From contig OZ251242.1 in the NCBI GenBank assembly GCA_965240325.2, positions 186,001 through 250,000 of the forward strand: a stretch of 64,000 bases of DNA, in the 5' to 3' direction. A model generated the notes under the pieces. The model searched no databases. It saw only the letters and a list, made by a program, of their open reading frames with translations, and was not told where the DNA came from. Both the position numbers and the translations under genes were made by a program. The DNA comes from Rebecca billardiae RCC1528. Taxonomy: Eukaryota > Protista > Haptophyta. Of the stretch, positions 33,284-43,632 are shown in pieces. Numbering within the stretch: the stretch's first letter is position 1; each line of letters opens with the position of its first letter.

Positions 33284-34430
33284 CACGGCACCCTCCGCCT
33301 CCGGCGGAGGCAAGGGTGGTCAGGGTCGCCGACTCCAGCGGAGGCCGGCGCCGAGCTTCGCTTCCGATTTTTTGCAGCGGCGCGGCGCGCTGGGCCGCCG
33401 CCGCTGTGGCGGGCCGCTCGGGGCGTGCACGGCGTGGGCTCGTGCGGCCGCTGCCGCGCACGCCGAGCGATCCGGCGCGGGCTCGCGGCTTGTCGATGGC
33501 CTCGCGCGCCGCAGCGCGACGCGCGCCTTGCCTAGCTTCGCCTGTCTCGCGCCTTGGCCGCCGTGCACGCGTGCGCCGCCATACCGCAAGCTCGGCATAC
33601 CTCTCAGCCGAGCGTGCACGTGCCTTGCGCGACGCGACGCGGGCATTGCCGCCAGGCGATGTAGCCGTAGTGCGAGCGCGCGCCGTGAAGCCTCGGCGCG
33701 GATCGAGAACAATGAAATGATGCCGCGTACGCGCGTGGACCGTCTGTTCGTTGAGCAGTGCTGAAAGCTGCACGACTGACTCTCTTGCTGGGGCGATCGT
33801 CACGTCGCATCGTCACGCAAGGCTCACACACACGTCATAGTGGCGTTCATCGTTTTGGCTACCACGCTCGACTAGTCTTCACGAGTCGCAGCGTCGCGAT
33901 AGCCCATCGTTCAACGGAGGACCGTGATGTCCATTGGTGGTTGATGCGTCAGCAGTTGTCGACAGCTGACCGAGACGTTGAAGACACTCTCGATCCGCGC
34001 TGAGGCTTCACGGCGCGCGCTCGCACTACGGCTACATCGCCTGGCGGCAATGCCCGCGTCGCGTCGCGCAAGGCACGTGCACGCTCGGCTGAGAGGTATG
34101 CCGAGCTTGCGGTATGGCGGCGCACGCGTGCACGGCGGCCAAGGCGCGAGACAGGCGAAGCTAGGCAAGGCGCGCGTCGCGCTGCGGCGCGCGAGGCCAT
34201 CGACAAGCCGCGAGCCCGCGCCGGATCGCTCGGCGTGCGCGGCAGCGGCCGCACGAGCCCACGCCGTGCACGCCCCGAGCGGCCCGCCACAGCGGCGGCG
34301 GCCCAGCGCGCCGCGCCGCTGCAAAAAATCGGAAGCGAAGCTCCGGCGCCGGCCTCCGCTGGAGTCGGCGACCCTGACCACCCTTGGCGGAGGGTGCCTC
34401 CGCCGGTCGCCGGAGGCGGAGGGTGCCGTG
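33284..34430. repeat. Small TA-flanked palindromic element (cacggcaccctccgcc...ggcggagggtgccgtg) split by foldback element A
   Basis: Inverted ends at 33284-33306 and ~34408-34430, flanked by TA on both sides. Confidence 0.55.
33311..34386. mobile_element. Foldback element A: ~400-bp inverted arms, ~280-bp spacer, 7-bp TSD GCGGAGG
   Basis: Arms 33311-33708 and 33988-34386 are nearly identical; ends CAAGGGTGGTCAGGG..CCCTGACCACCCTTG; TSD at 33304-33310 and 34387-34393. Confidence 0.9.
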
Positions 34431-34455
34431 TATCTTAACGGCTTGGCTGCCAGAC

Positions 34456-35595
34456 CAAGGGTAGTAAGGGTGAGCAACTCCGCTGGCGACAGCCGCGGAG
34501 GTCGGTCGGGCTCTGTTTGCCTCGGCGCCCGGTGCGAGCGGAGCGGAGCGAGTACTATCAGCGGCGGAGGGCGCTGAGGCCGCGCACGGCGTGAGGCGCG
34601 GCGTCGGCCGAGTCCGTCTGCGGAGGATACGCGGCGCTCGGCCCGCTGCGCAGCAGCAGTGTGCCTCACTTTGCCCCGAGCGCCGTCCTCCGCGTCGCCT
34701 CCTTCCCGCCTTGGAGCAGCACGCATGTGCGCGCCGCCACCTCGAAGGCGGCACGGGCTTGCTCAGACGACCGCGCGCGCGTGGCGCGCGACTCGGTCGA
34801 CTGCGCGCGCGTGCTGCCGCGGTGCAAGGTAGCGCCACCGCATACGCGCGCCGTGGCCTTGCGAGAGCGTGTGCGCGGACGTGAGTGCGAGCTCACACAC
34901 ATGTCTAATGCTGCTTGCGCATCCGACTAGTGCCGAGTGACGTGAAGCTGGAAAAGACAGCGGCGTGAGTGTTTGTACCATCGATGCGGAGCCATAGCGT
35001 CCGCTTGCATTCGTGCCGAGAAGGGATACACACGGCTAGGCCTTCGTCATGGGTATCCAATGTCACTCAACACCTCGCTGATCGACCGACGAGCGCTGGC
35101 GTGAGGCACAGCGAACCATTCGTGAGAGCAAGCAGACAAACGAGCACTACGCTCATGAGATGGCCGTAAGCAAAGGCACGCGCGGGCACGGCGCGCGTAT
35201 GCGGTGGCGCTACCTTGCAACGCGGCAGCGCGCGCGCGCAGTCGACCGAGTCGCGCGCCACGCGCGCGCGGTCGTCTGAGCAAGCCCGTGCCGCCTTCGA
35301 GGTGGCGGCGCGCACATGCGTGCTGCTCCAAGGCGGGAAGGAGGCGACGCGGAGGACGGCGCTCGGGGCAAAGTGAGGCACACTGCTGCTGCGCAGCGGG
35401 CCGAGCGCCGCGTATCCTCCGCAGACGGACTCGGCCGACGCCGCGCCTCACGCCGTGCGCGGCCTCAGCGCCCTCCGCCGCTGATAGTACTCGCTCCGCT
35501 CCGCTCGCACCGGGCGCCGAGGCAAACAGAGCCCGACCGACCTCCGCGTGCTCCGCGGCTGTCGCCAGCGGAGTTGCTCACCCTTACTACCCTTG
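34456..35595. mobile_element. Foldback element B: ~400-bp inverted arms, ~330-bp spacer, 7-bp TSD GCCAGAC
   Basis: Arms 34456-34855 and 35187-35595; ends CAAGGGTAGTAAGGG..CCCTTACTACCCTTG; TSD at 34449-34455 and 35596-35602. Confidence 0.9.
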
Positions 35596-36044
35596 GCCAG
35601 ACTGACTACATGCGCTATGGGGGTACTCACTTAACGAATTAACGATGCTAACTCTGCCCGCGTGCCGCCGCACCCCGCCGTTCGGCGCGACGCGCGGAGT
35701 TCCGCCGCACGGCCTCGGCGCCTCGCGGCCGGCCGACAGCCATTCAGCCAGGCGGGTCCGAGACTCCGAGCGGCCACACGGACTCCGAGTCGGGTAGAAC
35801 ATCACTCATCAGGCTCTGAGTGAATCAGGCGTCGGATCCGATGGGCTTCCCAGCTGGCGGCGGGCGCCGCCCGCGGCAGCGGACCGCGTCACTCGACGGG
35901 TCCGGCGCAAGCCGATCGCTGCGACACGGTGCGAGGGCAGCGCCGCGGCCGTTCGAGCGCTGGCGCCTGGCTCGCTCGGCCGCGCCGCGCGCGGCGAGGG
36001 CGTCGGCCACTCGCGGGCCCGCCCGCCGCGCGCCCGCCCGTCCG

Positions 36045-37999
36045 TCAGCCCGACGCGAGCATCTCCGCGGACGGCGGTTCTTGCCAGCGCGGCACCTTGC
36101 GCGGCAGCTCGGCGATCTCGTCAAACGCGTTGGGGCCGTCGACGAAGCCAGCTACGTCGATGTCCTCGTCGGCGTCGAGCCCCGACCCGTCTGCGCTGCC
36201 CTCCTCCACCTGCTGCTGCTGCTCGTCGTCGTCGTCGTCGTCGTCGCCCGCGCCCGCCGCCCCTGCTGCGCCCGCGCCCAGCATCGCCGCCATCGCCGCC
36301 ATCGCCTCCGCCGCCTCGTCCGCGTCGGCCGCGCGCGCGTTGGACGCCGACGGCGAGCCGCCGTCCGTCGTCGGCGCCTCTGGCAGCTCGTCCCACTCGA
36401 TGGAGGGCGCGAGCGAGCGGTCGCACGTGACGAGGTCGGCAAGCGTTTTGAGGCCGTACCGCTGCGGGCAGCGCGTCTCGCCTAGGTCGCGGCCTTGCAG
36501 CGAGCCGTCGTCGCACAGGTACTCCTTGCCCATCATGCGCTGGCACCAGCGGAGCAGCCGGTCGACGGTGGGCGTGGCGACGCCCGCGCACAGCGCAATC
36601 CCCTTGATCGGCACGAGACCGAACGGGATGTCCTCCGTCAGGTAGCGCACGCTCAGGTCCGGGACGAGCCCGCCACTGCCACCGCCGCCGCCGGGCGCGG
36701 GCTTCATGTAGTGGCGCAGCCCCTGGTACGCCCGGTTCGAGCGCAGCGCGCTCGCCAGGTTCGTCCAGTCGCCGATCTGGTCCGGGTAGAGTGAGTAGTA
36801 GAAGCTGGGGAGCGCGACCACCCCTGAGAGGTCGAGCGCGGGGAAGGCGGCCTGCACCGCCGCCTTGATGGCCAGGTGCTCCACGCTGCGCGCCGGCGGG
36901 GCGGCGGGCGGGAGGGGGAAACGGCCGCGCGTCCCGGGCGTCAGCCGGGCCGCCGCCACCGCGACAAGCGCGTCTCTCTCTCTCTCTCTCTCTGTGTGCG
37001 TGTGTGTCTCGCGCGCCTGGGCGCGCGGCTGCGCACCTCAGCTGCTCGAGCAGCTCGCCCACGCGCTCCTGCGTGACGCCCTGATAGAAGAGGGGCGGCT
37101 GCTCGTACGGCGTGCTGCCGTCCCAGCCGGCGAACTGGCCGTGCATGATGGCCGGGTGGTAGTACGCGTTCGCGTTCATCAGCGTCGTCGACGCGTACCC
37201 GCCCGCCGCGCGCTCGTACCACGGCAGCGCGCCAACCGACAGCGCTGAGTTCAAGAAGCAGAGCACGGCGTCGTAGGAGCCGGGCGGCGTGACCGCGACG
37301 TGGATGAGGACCTTGGTGCCCAGGATCGAGGCCGAGCGGCCCATCACGGTGCGCCGGCACGCCCTGCGCGGCGCGGCGCGGGTGCGGTGGAGCGAGGGGG
37401 GGCGCGCGGGGATCCGTCAGGCTGGCGGCGCGAGCGGGGCGCGCGCGCGCGCGCCCAAGCGAGCCGCGCAAGCGCGCGCGCGCGCGCGCGGCGGCGCACC
37501 ACGGGAGCGTCTCCATGCCGAACGTGACCATCCGGTCGACGCGATCGCCGTACGCGTCGCGCAGCGCCCACTCGAAGCCGCCCGCCGCCACCATCGTGCC
37601 GACGACCGTCGAGTCGGTCACGAACGGCGCCGAGCCCTTGAGATACGCCTCGTGCGCAAACGCGGGCGCGGCGATGATGATCATGTCGGCGCCGGGGACG
37701 ACGTCGGCGGGATCGTCTGAGACGGCGGCGACGCGCCCCTCGATCGGCCCCGAGCCGTCGCCCGACGCCCCCTCGTTGGTCACGGCGACGGTGCCGCCCG
37801 ACGCGCCCAGCTGCGCTCGCCACGTCGGCAGGTGGTGCGCGCGCGAGTCCCACAGCTTGACGGTGTACAGCGGGTTGGAGCCGAGGAGGCCGAGGAGCAC
37901 GTGTGCCGCGTGCCCCCCACCCGCCACGACGATCGTGTGCGGCCGCTCGGGGTCGAGCAGCCGCGCGGTATTCTCGAGCTCAATCTCGGCCGGTGCCAT
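36045..37999 (-). CDS. NAD-dependent opine (octopine/tauropine-type) dehydrogenase 1, with acidic C-terminal extension
   Basis: VVAGGGHAAH, FGMETLPW/ACR, ILGTK, NAYYHPAIM, RYLTEDIPFGL motifs; introns 37499-37364 and 37036-36886. Confidence 0.88.
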
Positions 38000-38607
38000 G
38001 CAGCCAGGCCGATGTGAATTGCGTTTGCGTTTGGGTCGCGTTTGCAGCCGGGCGTCTGAGCGGGTACGATCGTTCCGTTGGCTGTCCGCGCGGAGTTGAT
38101 GACCAGGGCGGAGAGGAAAGCGCCTGGAATATGTGCGCACATCCGCCCCATCGACCAATCAGAGAGGCGTTCGCGTTTCGTGAGTACAAGCCGACAAAGG
38201 GCGGCGGCGCTTGCCGCGAACCGATTTGAATATCGGAAACACCTCCTGGGTAATCATAACTGGCGGATTGATAGCCTGACAAGATGCCGAAATGCCTCGC
38301 GATTTGGCGAAGAAGCTCGCGCGGCTGGCCTTGACGACGCAACATTCGACCAACCAGGGCGCGGCGCGCACCGGCCCCGACCTAGGCGTACGTCTCTGCC
38401 GAACCTGATCACTAGGAAGGGACTTCCGCGAAGCGCCGCGGCGCGATGTACGTAACTCGTAAGCGGGTGGTCTCACGAAACTTCAGCTGATCACGAGCGT
38501 GCTTGGCCTGCGAGCTTGCCGCAAGTAGGGCGCCCCACAGCGCCGTCCAACCGCGCGCACAGCACGCGTAGAGGCATCCCCAACCCCGACGCCCGCGGGC
38601 CCGCGGC

Positions 38608-40206
38608 ATGGTGCTCGCCAACCTAGCCGATCCGAAGCACAAGCTCACAGTCGTCGTCGCCGGCGGCGGCAACGCCACGCACGTCCTCTGCGGCCTGCTC
38701 GGCGCGCACGCGCAGTACGTCGTGCGCGTGTGGAACGTGGTCGAGGCCGAGGTGGCGGTGTGGAAGGAGCGGCTGCACGCGAACGGCCGCGCGATTGTGG
38801 TGCGCGATTTCGGCATGCCCGGCACGCCCGAGACCACCGGCTACGTCTCGCTCGTCTCCTCCGACGCCGCCGAGGTGCTGGTCGGGGCAGACATGCTGAT
38901 CATCGCCGTGCCCGCATTTGCGCACGAGACGTACCTCACGGCGGCGGCGGCGCACGCGCCGGCGGGGATGGCGGTGGGCGTGATGGTCACGGCGGGCGGC
39001 TTCGACTGGGCCGTGCGCCACGCCTTCAAGCACGCCTTCGCCTCGATGGTCACCTTCGGCATGGAGACGCTGCCGTGGGCATGCCGGCTCTCCGAGTACG
39101 CGACAACTGTCGACATCCTCGGCACGAAGCGGAGCCTGCACGTGGCGGTGTGGCCGCCGCCGGCGGCTGAGGGGATCGTCGGCTTCTTCTCGCGCGCCCT
39201 CGGCGAGCACGTGCACTACGTGCCCTGCCACTCCTTCACCTCGCACACGCTGATGAACGGTGCGCGCGGCGGCGGGAGCGGACGCGCGCAAACCGCGGCC
39301 GGCGGGGCGGCCGTGGGCGCGCTGAACCCCGTTCCCCGTGCGCGCGCCCGCCCCCTCCCCGCCTTCGCCGCGCGCCGAAACCCCCCATCCTCCTCCGCCG
39401 CAGGCAACGCCCACTTCCACCCCGCGATCGTGCACGCGCAGTTTGCAGACTGGCGCGAGGGTGAGAGCGCGCCCTACGCGCACAAGCCGCTGCTGTACCA
39501 GGGGGTGACGCAGGAGGGCGCGGGGGACATGATCGAGGGGCTCAGGTGCGTGCGCGTGCGTGCGTGCGCCGCGGGTGCGTGTGCGCGTGGCCCCGGCGCG
39601 CGCGGCCCGCGTGAGCTAACGACGACGACGACTGCCCGCGCGCACCGGCCGCCCGCGCCGCGCAATCTCGCGCCAATCTCCCGCCCGCCCCGCCGCCGCC
39701 GCCACCGCCGCTGCTGTTGGCGCGGCTGCAGCAAGGAGAACATGGCGATCAAGGCGGCGATCCACGCGGCCGACCCGGACGTCGACCTCTCCACCGTGAT
39801 CCCGCTGCGAGACTTCTTCCAGAACATCTACCGCGACGACATCCGAGACACGTCGTGCCTCGCCAAGATGCTCAACTCCAACTCGGGGTACAAGGGGCTG
39901 ACGCACGCGATGGTGGCGGTGGAGGGCGGCTGGGCGCCCGACTTTGGCTCGCGCTACCTGTGCGAGGACATCCCGTTCGGCCTCGTGCCGATCAAGGCGC
40001 TCGCGCTCGCGCTCGGCGTGGCCACGCCCCTCGTCGACCGCCTCCTGCTCTGGGGCCAGCAGAAGCTGGGCAAGGAGTACCTCGTCGACGGCGAGCTCGC
40101 CGGACGAGATCTCGGCGAGACGCGCTGCCCGCAGCGGTACGGGCTCAAAACGCTCGCGGAGATCCTCGCCGTCGACGACCAGCTCAGCCACGTCGCGCAG
40201 GCGTGA
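38608..40206 (+). CDS. NAD-dependent opine dehydrogenase 2
   Basis: VVAGGGNATH, FGMETLPWACR, NAHFHPAI, RYLCEDIPFGL; introns 39260-39403 and 39546-39731 (both 3n and stop-free, so the ORF track reads through them). Confidence 0.88.
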   Translation: MVLANLADPKHKLTVVVAGGGNATHVLCGLLGAHAQYVVRVWNVVEAEVAVWKERLHANGRAIVVRDFGMPGTPETTGYVSLVSSDAAEVLVGADMLIIAVPAFAHETYLTAAAAHAPAGMAVGVMVTAGGFDWAVRHAFKHAFASMVTFGMETLPWACRLSEYATTVDILGTKRSLHVAVWPPPAAEGIVGFFSRALGEHVHYVPCHSFTSHTLMNGARGGGSGRAQTAAGGAAVGALNPVPRARARPLPAFAARRNPPSSSAAGNAHFHPAIVHAQFADWREGESAPYAHKPLLYQGVTQEGAGDMIEGLRCVRVRACAAGACARGPGARGPRELTTTTTARAHRPPAPRNLAPISRPPRRRRHRRCCWRGCSKENMAIKAAIHAADPDVDLSTVIPLRDFFQNIYRDDIRDTSCLAKMLNSNSGYKGLTHAMVAVEGGWAPDFGSRYLCEDIPFGLVPIKALALALGVATPLVDRLLLWGQQKLGKEYLVDGELAGRDLGETRCPQRYGLKTLAEILAVDDQLSHVAQA

Positions 40207-40473
40207 TGCAGCGGACACGGCCGCTCTTTCGACTTTCTGAATCGGCCGTCGGCCCGCCGCGTCTCCGCGCGTGCGATCATCCGTCATTGATAGCGCAGAA
40301 TAACTATCTAGCGGTAGCAGCCATGCATTGCTGAGTATATAGCGCAGGAAAATCATCGTCGCGCGTTATATTGCCAGCCAGCATCATCATCGTCATCACT
40401 CATGATCAGACTCGCAGAGTGATGGCCTGCCGCGCGCCGGGCCGGCGGCGCCCGCTGTAGCCTCAGTCGGTAC

Positions 40474-41385
40474 GGCCTGTTTTATTTCTACCAGATTCCA
40501 TTTACTATGTCACGGCGACAAACCCGTGCTCGCCAGTGGGAATCGGTGTCACGCTCCGTTGGGTGTACCTCTCACGGCCGATGGCGGCCCCCACGTGCGC
40601 AAGGAATGCGATTCGTGCACTCCTCGGTGACCGGTGAGTGCACGAATCCAGTTGCGGCGCTCGTCCGCCTCGTCGTTGTCGCACACGAGGTACACCCAAC
40701 ACCATGGGTCGGATCCCAGAACTCTCCGCGCGCTCGCGCCTGCGCGGCACTGGCAGGCTTGTTCTCATCATCTTGGCCAAGACTGCAGCCTGAAAGATGC
40801 GCGAGGACGCGTGTGCACGCCTTTCCGCGCGTCATGGGTGCGCGTGGCACGCACCTTGTAATATTATACGCCGAGGAGGCCTGAGCATCCGGCCTACTAA
40901 CCTTCCGCGATCACGTTCAAATGCAGGCAGCAAGCTGCAAGCAAGCGCACGCCGAACGGAAGCATCTCAAGCTCGACAAGGTAGTGGCGGCGGAGCGTTT
41001 AGAGCTGGTGGCGATTGCAGTCCATCTGGCTGTGAACTGGTCGCTAACTGACACGGGTGCGACGCAGCAGCCAAGGCAGAGTGCTTGCAGCTTGCAGAGG
41101 GCCTCCAGCTGCAGCGCCGGTTTGCCGCCGCTCGCCGCCGCTGCATCGTGCACACTGCCGTGCACCGCGAGTGACCCCTGTGTCAAGGCGAAGCACCACG
41201 GCAAGGCGAATCAGCATGTCTGACAACATCCTTCGCCACAGCGCAGCGCCTCAACACGAGAATGCGCGAATGACGTGCCATCACTTCTCCGGACTAGCTC
41301 CGGGGCCCGCACCAGCGGGCAAGCCGCCATTGTACCGCGTTTTGGCGAATGTCGCCTTTGGGCTCTCGTAGAAATAAAACAGGCC
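40474..41385. mobile_element. Non-autonomous TIR DNA transposon (912 bp), copy 2, intergenic, opposite orientation
   Basis: Same 18-bp TIRs, 4-bp TSD GTAC; differs from copy 1 by a few substitutions and a 3-bp indel. Confidence 0.93.
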
Positions 41386-41968
41386 GTACGAGCGGACCGC
41401 GCGTTATTACTACGACGACTGCTGATGACTACTACAGACGACTAGTACTCATCTATAGTAGCTGCTAGTACGTAGTCTGCTTATAGACGAGCCGCGCCAC
41501 GCTCGGACTGATGCGGTGCCGGCGCTGATGGCGGCGCCGGCTGCACGCAGCCTGCGCTGCGCGCCGATGCCGCGCCGTGCAAATAGCTAGACGGCGGTAG
41601 ACGCCGCCGGCAGCGGCAGCAGTGGCTCGGCCAGACCGTAGTGAGTGACTCGCCATGCGCTGCTTGATTTAAGTGCGCGCGCCGAGGCCGCGGCGCGGGC
41701 TGCGAGTCCCGTGCGTGCCGCCATCATATTCCGATGAGCATCACGCCGCCGATATTCGCGCGGTGATCGAATCGGTCGTCTCTGAACGTCTGGGTCCGGG
41801 GGAGTTCGCGTCGTTCTCGTACTGCGCTCGCAGTCGCCCGTCGGCCCCGTAGCCAGCGCACGCAGCGGTATGACTGCTGCCGCCAGAATAGCAGCAGCGG
41901 CGGCCACCGCCTCGTCCTGAAGCGCGTCGTCATCCTCTGCACTGATGACGGCGAACGCAACATAGGCT

Positions 41969-43240
41969 TCACGCGCGCGCCTCGGCGCCGAGCAGCGCCG
42001 TGCGCATCGTCTCGGCAGCGGCGGCGTCTGCGTCCGCCGCCGCCGCAACGCAGTGCTCCGCCGCGGCCGCGCCGCGGCCGAGGACGGCGCCAGCGCCCGC
42101 ACCGCTCGACGGCGCGGCGGGCGTGCCGCCGGCTTCGTGCGCCACCGGCCGCGCGCGCCCACGCCCGCCGCACGCGCGCAGCCCGCCCGCGAGCAGCTGG
42201 CGCAGGCTGACGCCGATCGCGGAGACGACGATGATGGCGGCGCCGAGCGCGGCGGCGGGGTGCGAGGGCGTGTGCAGGAGTGTCGTCTGCCAGACGAAGG
42301 AGAAGGCGACCTCGAGGGTGGCGAGGACGTTGACCGGCCCGGCCTCGAGCCGCTGCAGCCCCATGATCAGCAGCGTCTGCCCGAGGAACGACACCGACGC
42401 GCCGCCGATCATCAGCGCCCAGTGCCGCGGCGCCACGGCGGCGGGCGCGAGCTCGGCGCCGCCAACCGCCATCATCGGTACTGACGTGAGTAATAGCGAG
42501 AGGCCGTACCAGCCGCTCGAGACGACGGGCGGCTGGCGGAAGCCGATGGCGCGCGTGGCGACCATCGAGGCGGCGAGCGTGACCGAGCCCGCCACCGCGA
42601 GGCAGGTCCCCAGCGCGCGCGGGCCCGCCGACGCCGCGGGCTCGGCGGCGCCGCCGCCCGCGCGCGCTATCAGCAGCACCCCGCCGCACGCGGCCGCGGC
42701 GGCGCACACGTTGGTGGGCGTGATGGGCTCGCGCAGCGCGAAGTAGGCCATGATCGTGGTGAAGACGGGCGCGGTGTACACGATCGACGTCGCCTCGCCC
42801 AGCGGCATGATCGCGTACGCCTGCGCGGGCGCGTGGCGCGGCGGGGGCTGAGGCTGGGCCGCGGCTCGCAAGAGCGCGCGCGCGCGGGCGCGCGCTCGGC
42901 GGCGCACCGCGTAGACGAGCGCGAGCGCGCCGCAGCCGACGAGCTGGCGGAAAACGACGAGCAGCACGAACCGCCAGTCGTGCCCGTTGCAGAACACGTT
43001 GTTCCGCCACTCGCGCCGCCACGGCACGAGCAGCGTCGCGAGCGCCAGCCGTGTCGCGCCCACCCAGAAAGTAACGGCCGTCGTCGAGAAGCCGGCGTCC
43101 GAGACGACGCGCACGACGCAGGAGTGGGAGGAGATGCACAGCGCCGAGGCGGCGATGCACGCCGCGCCGGCGAGCCGCGTGCGCACGCCGGCGTCCTCCG
43201 CCTCCGCCGCCGCGGGCTTGATCGCGCTCGGCGCCGCCAT
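41969..43240 (-). CDS. EamA/DMT family transporter (SLC35G-like)
   Basis: About 10 hydrophobic segments; MPLGEATSIVYTAPVFTTIMAYFALREPI and GLQRLEAGPV..LEVAF motifs; intron 42907-42821. Confidence 0.85.
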   Translation of the reverse strand: MAAPSAIKPAAAEAEDAGVRTRLAGAACIAASALCISSHSCVVRVVSDAGFSTTAVTFWVGATRLALATLLVPWRREWRNNVFCNGHDWRFVLLVVFRQLVGCGALALVYAVRRRARARARALLRAAAQPQPPPRHAPAQAYAIMPLGEATSIVYTAPVFTTIMAYFALREPITPTNVCAAAAACGGVLLIARAGGGAAEPAASAGPRALGTCLAVAGSVTLAASMVATRAIGFRQPPVVSSGWYGLSLLLTSVPMMAVGGAELAPAAVAPRHWALMIGGASVSFLGQTLLIMGLQRLEAGPVNVLATLEVAFSFVWQTTLLHTPSHPAAALGAAIIVVSAIGVSLRQLLAGGLRACGGRGRARPVAHEAGGTPAAPSSGAGAGAVLGRGAAAAEHCVAAAADADAAAAETMRTALLGAEARA

Positions 43241-43395
43241 GAAAACGCGGGCCGCTTCGGTCCAAGATTCGCCTCCGCGTTTCTGCTTTTTGCTTTATTT
43301 TTATTTCCAATAGAGCCCCCAATAACTGAATACCGCCGTCACGACGGCGGCGTGCGCGCGCCGAGGCCGCGGCGACGGGCGGCGCGGTGCGGCCG

Positions 43396-43573
43396 TCAGA
43401 ACATCGCCGCGGCGTTGGCGCTGACCTTCCGGGGCCGCGGCGGCGGCGGCTCGCCGCGGAAGAGCGGCGATGCTGACGGCGGCGGCGTGGGCACGCGCTT
43501 GGCCGACCCGCCGCCGCCGCCTCCGCCACCGCTGCTGCCTGACGGCGGCGGCGTGGGGGCGCGCTTGGCCGAC

Positions 43574-43632
<59 letters not shown>

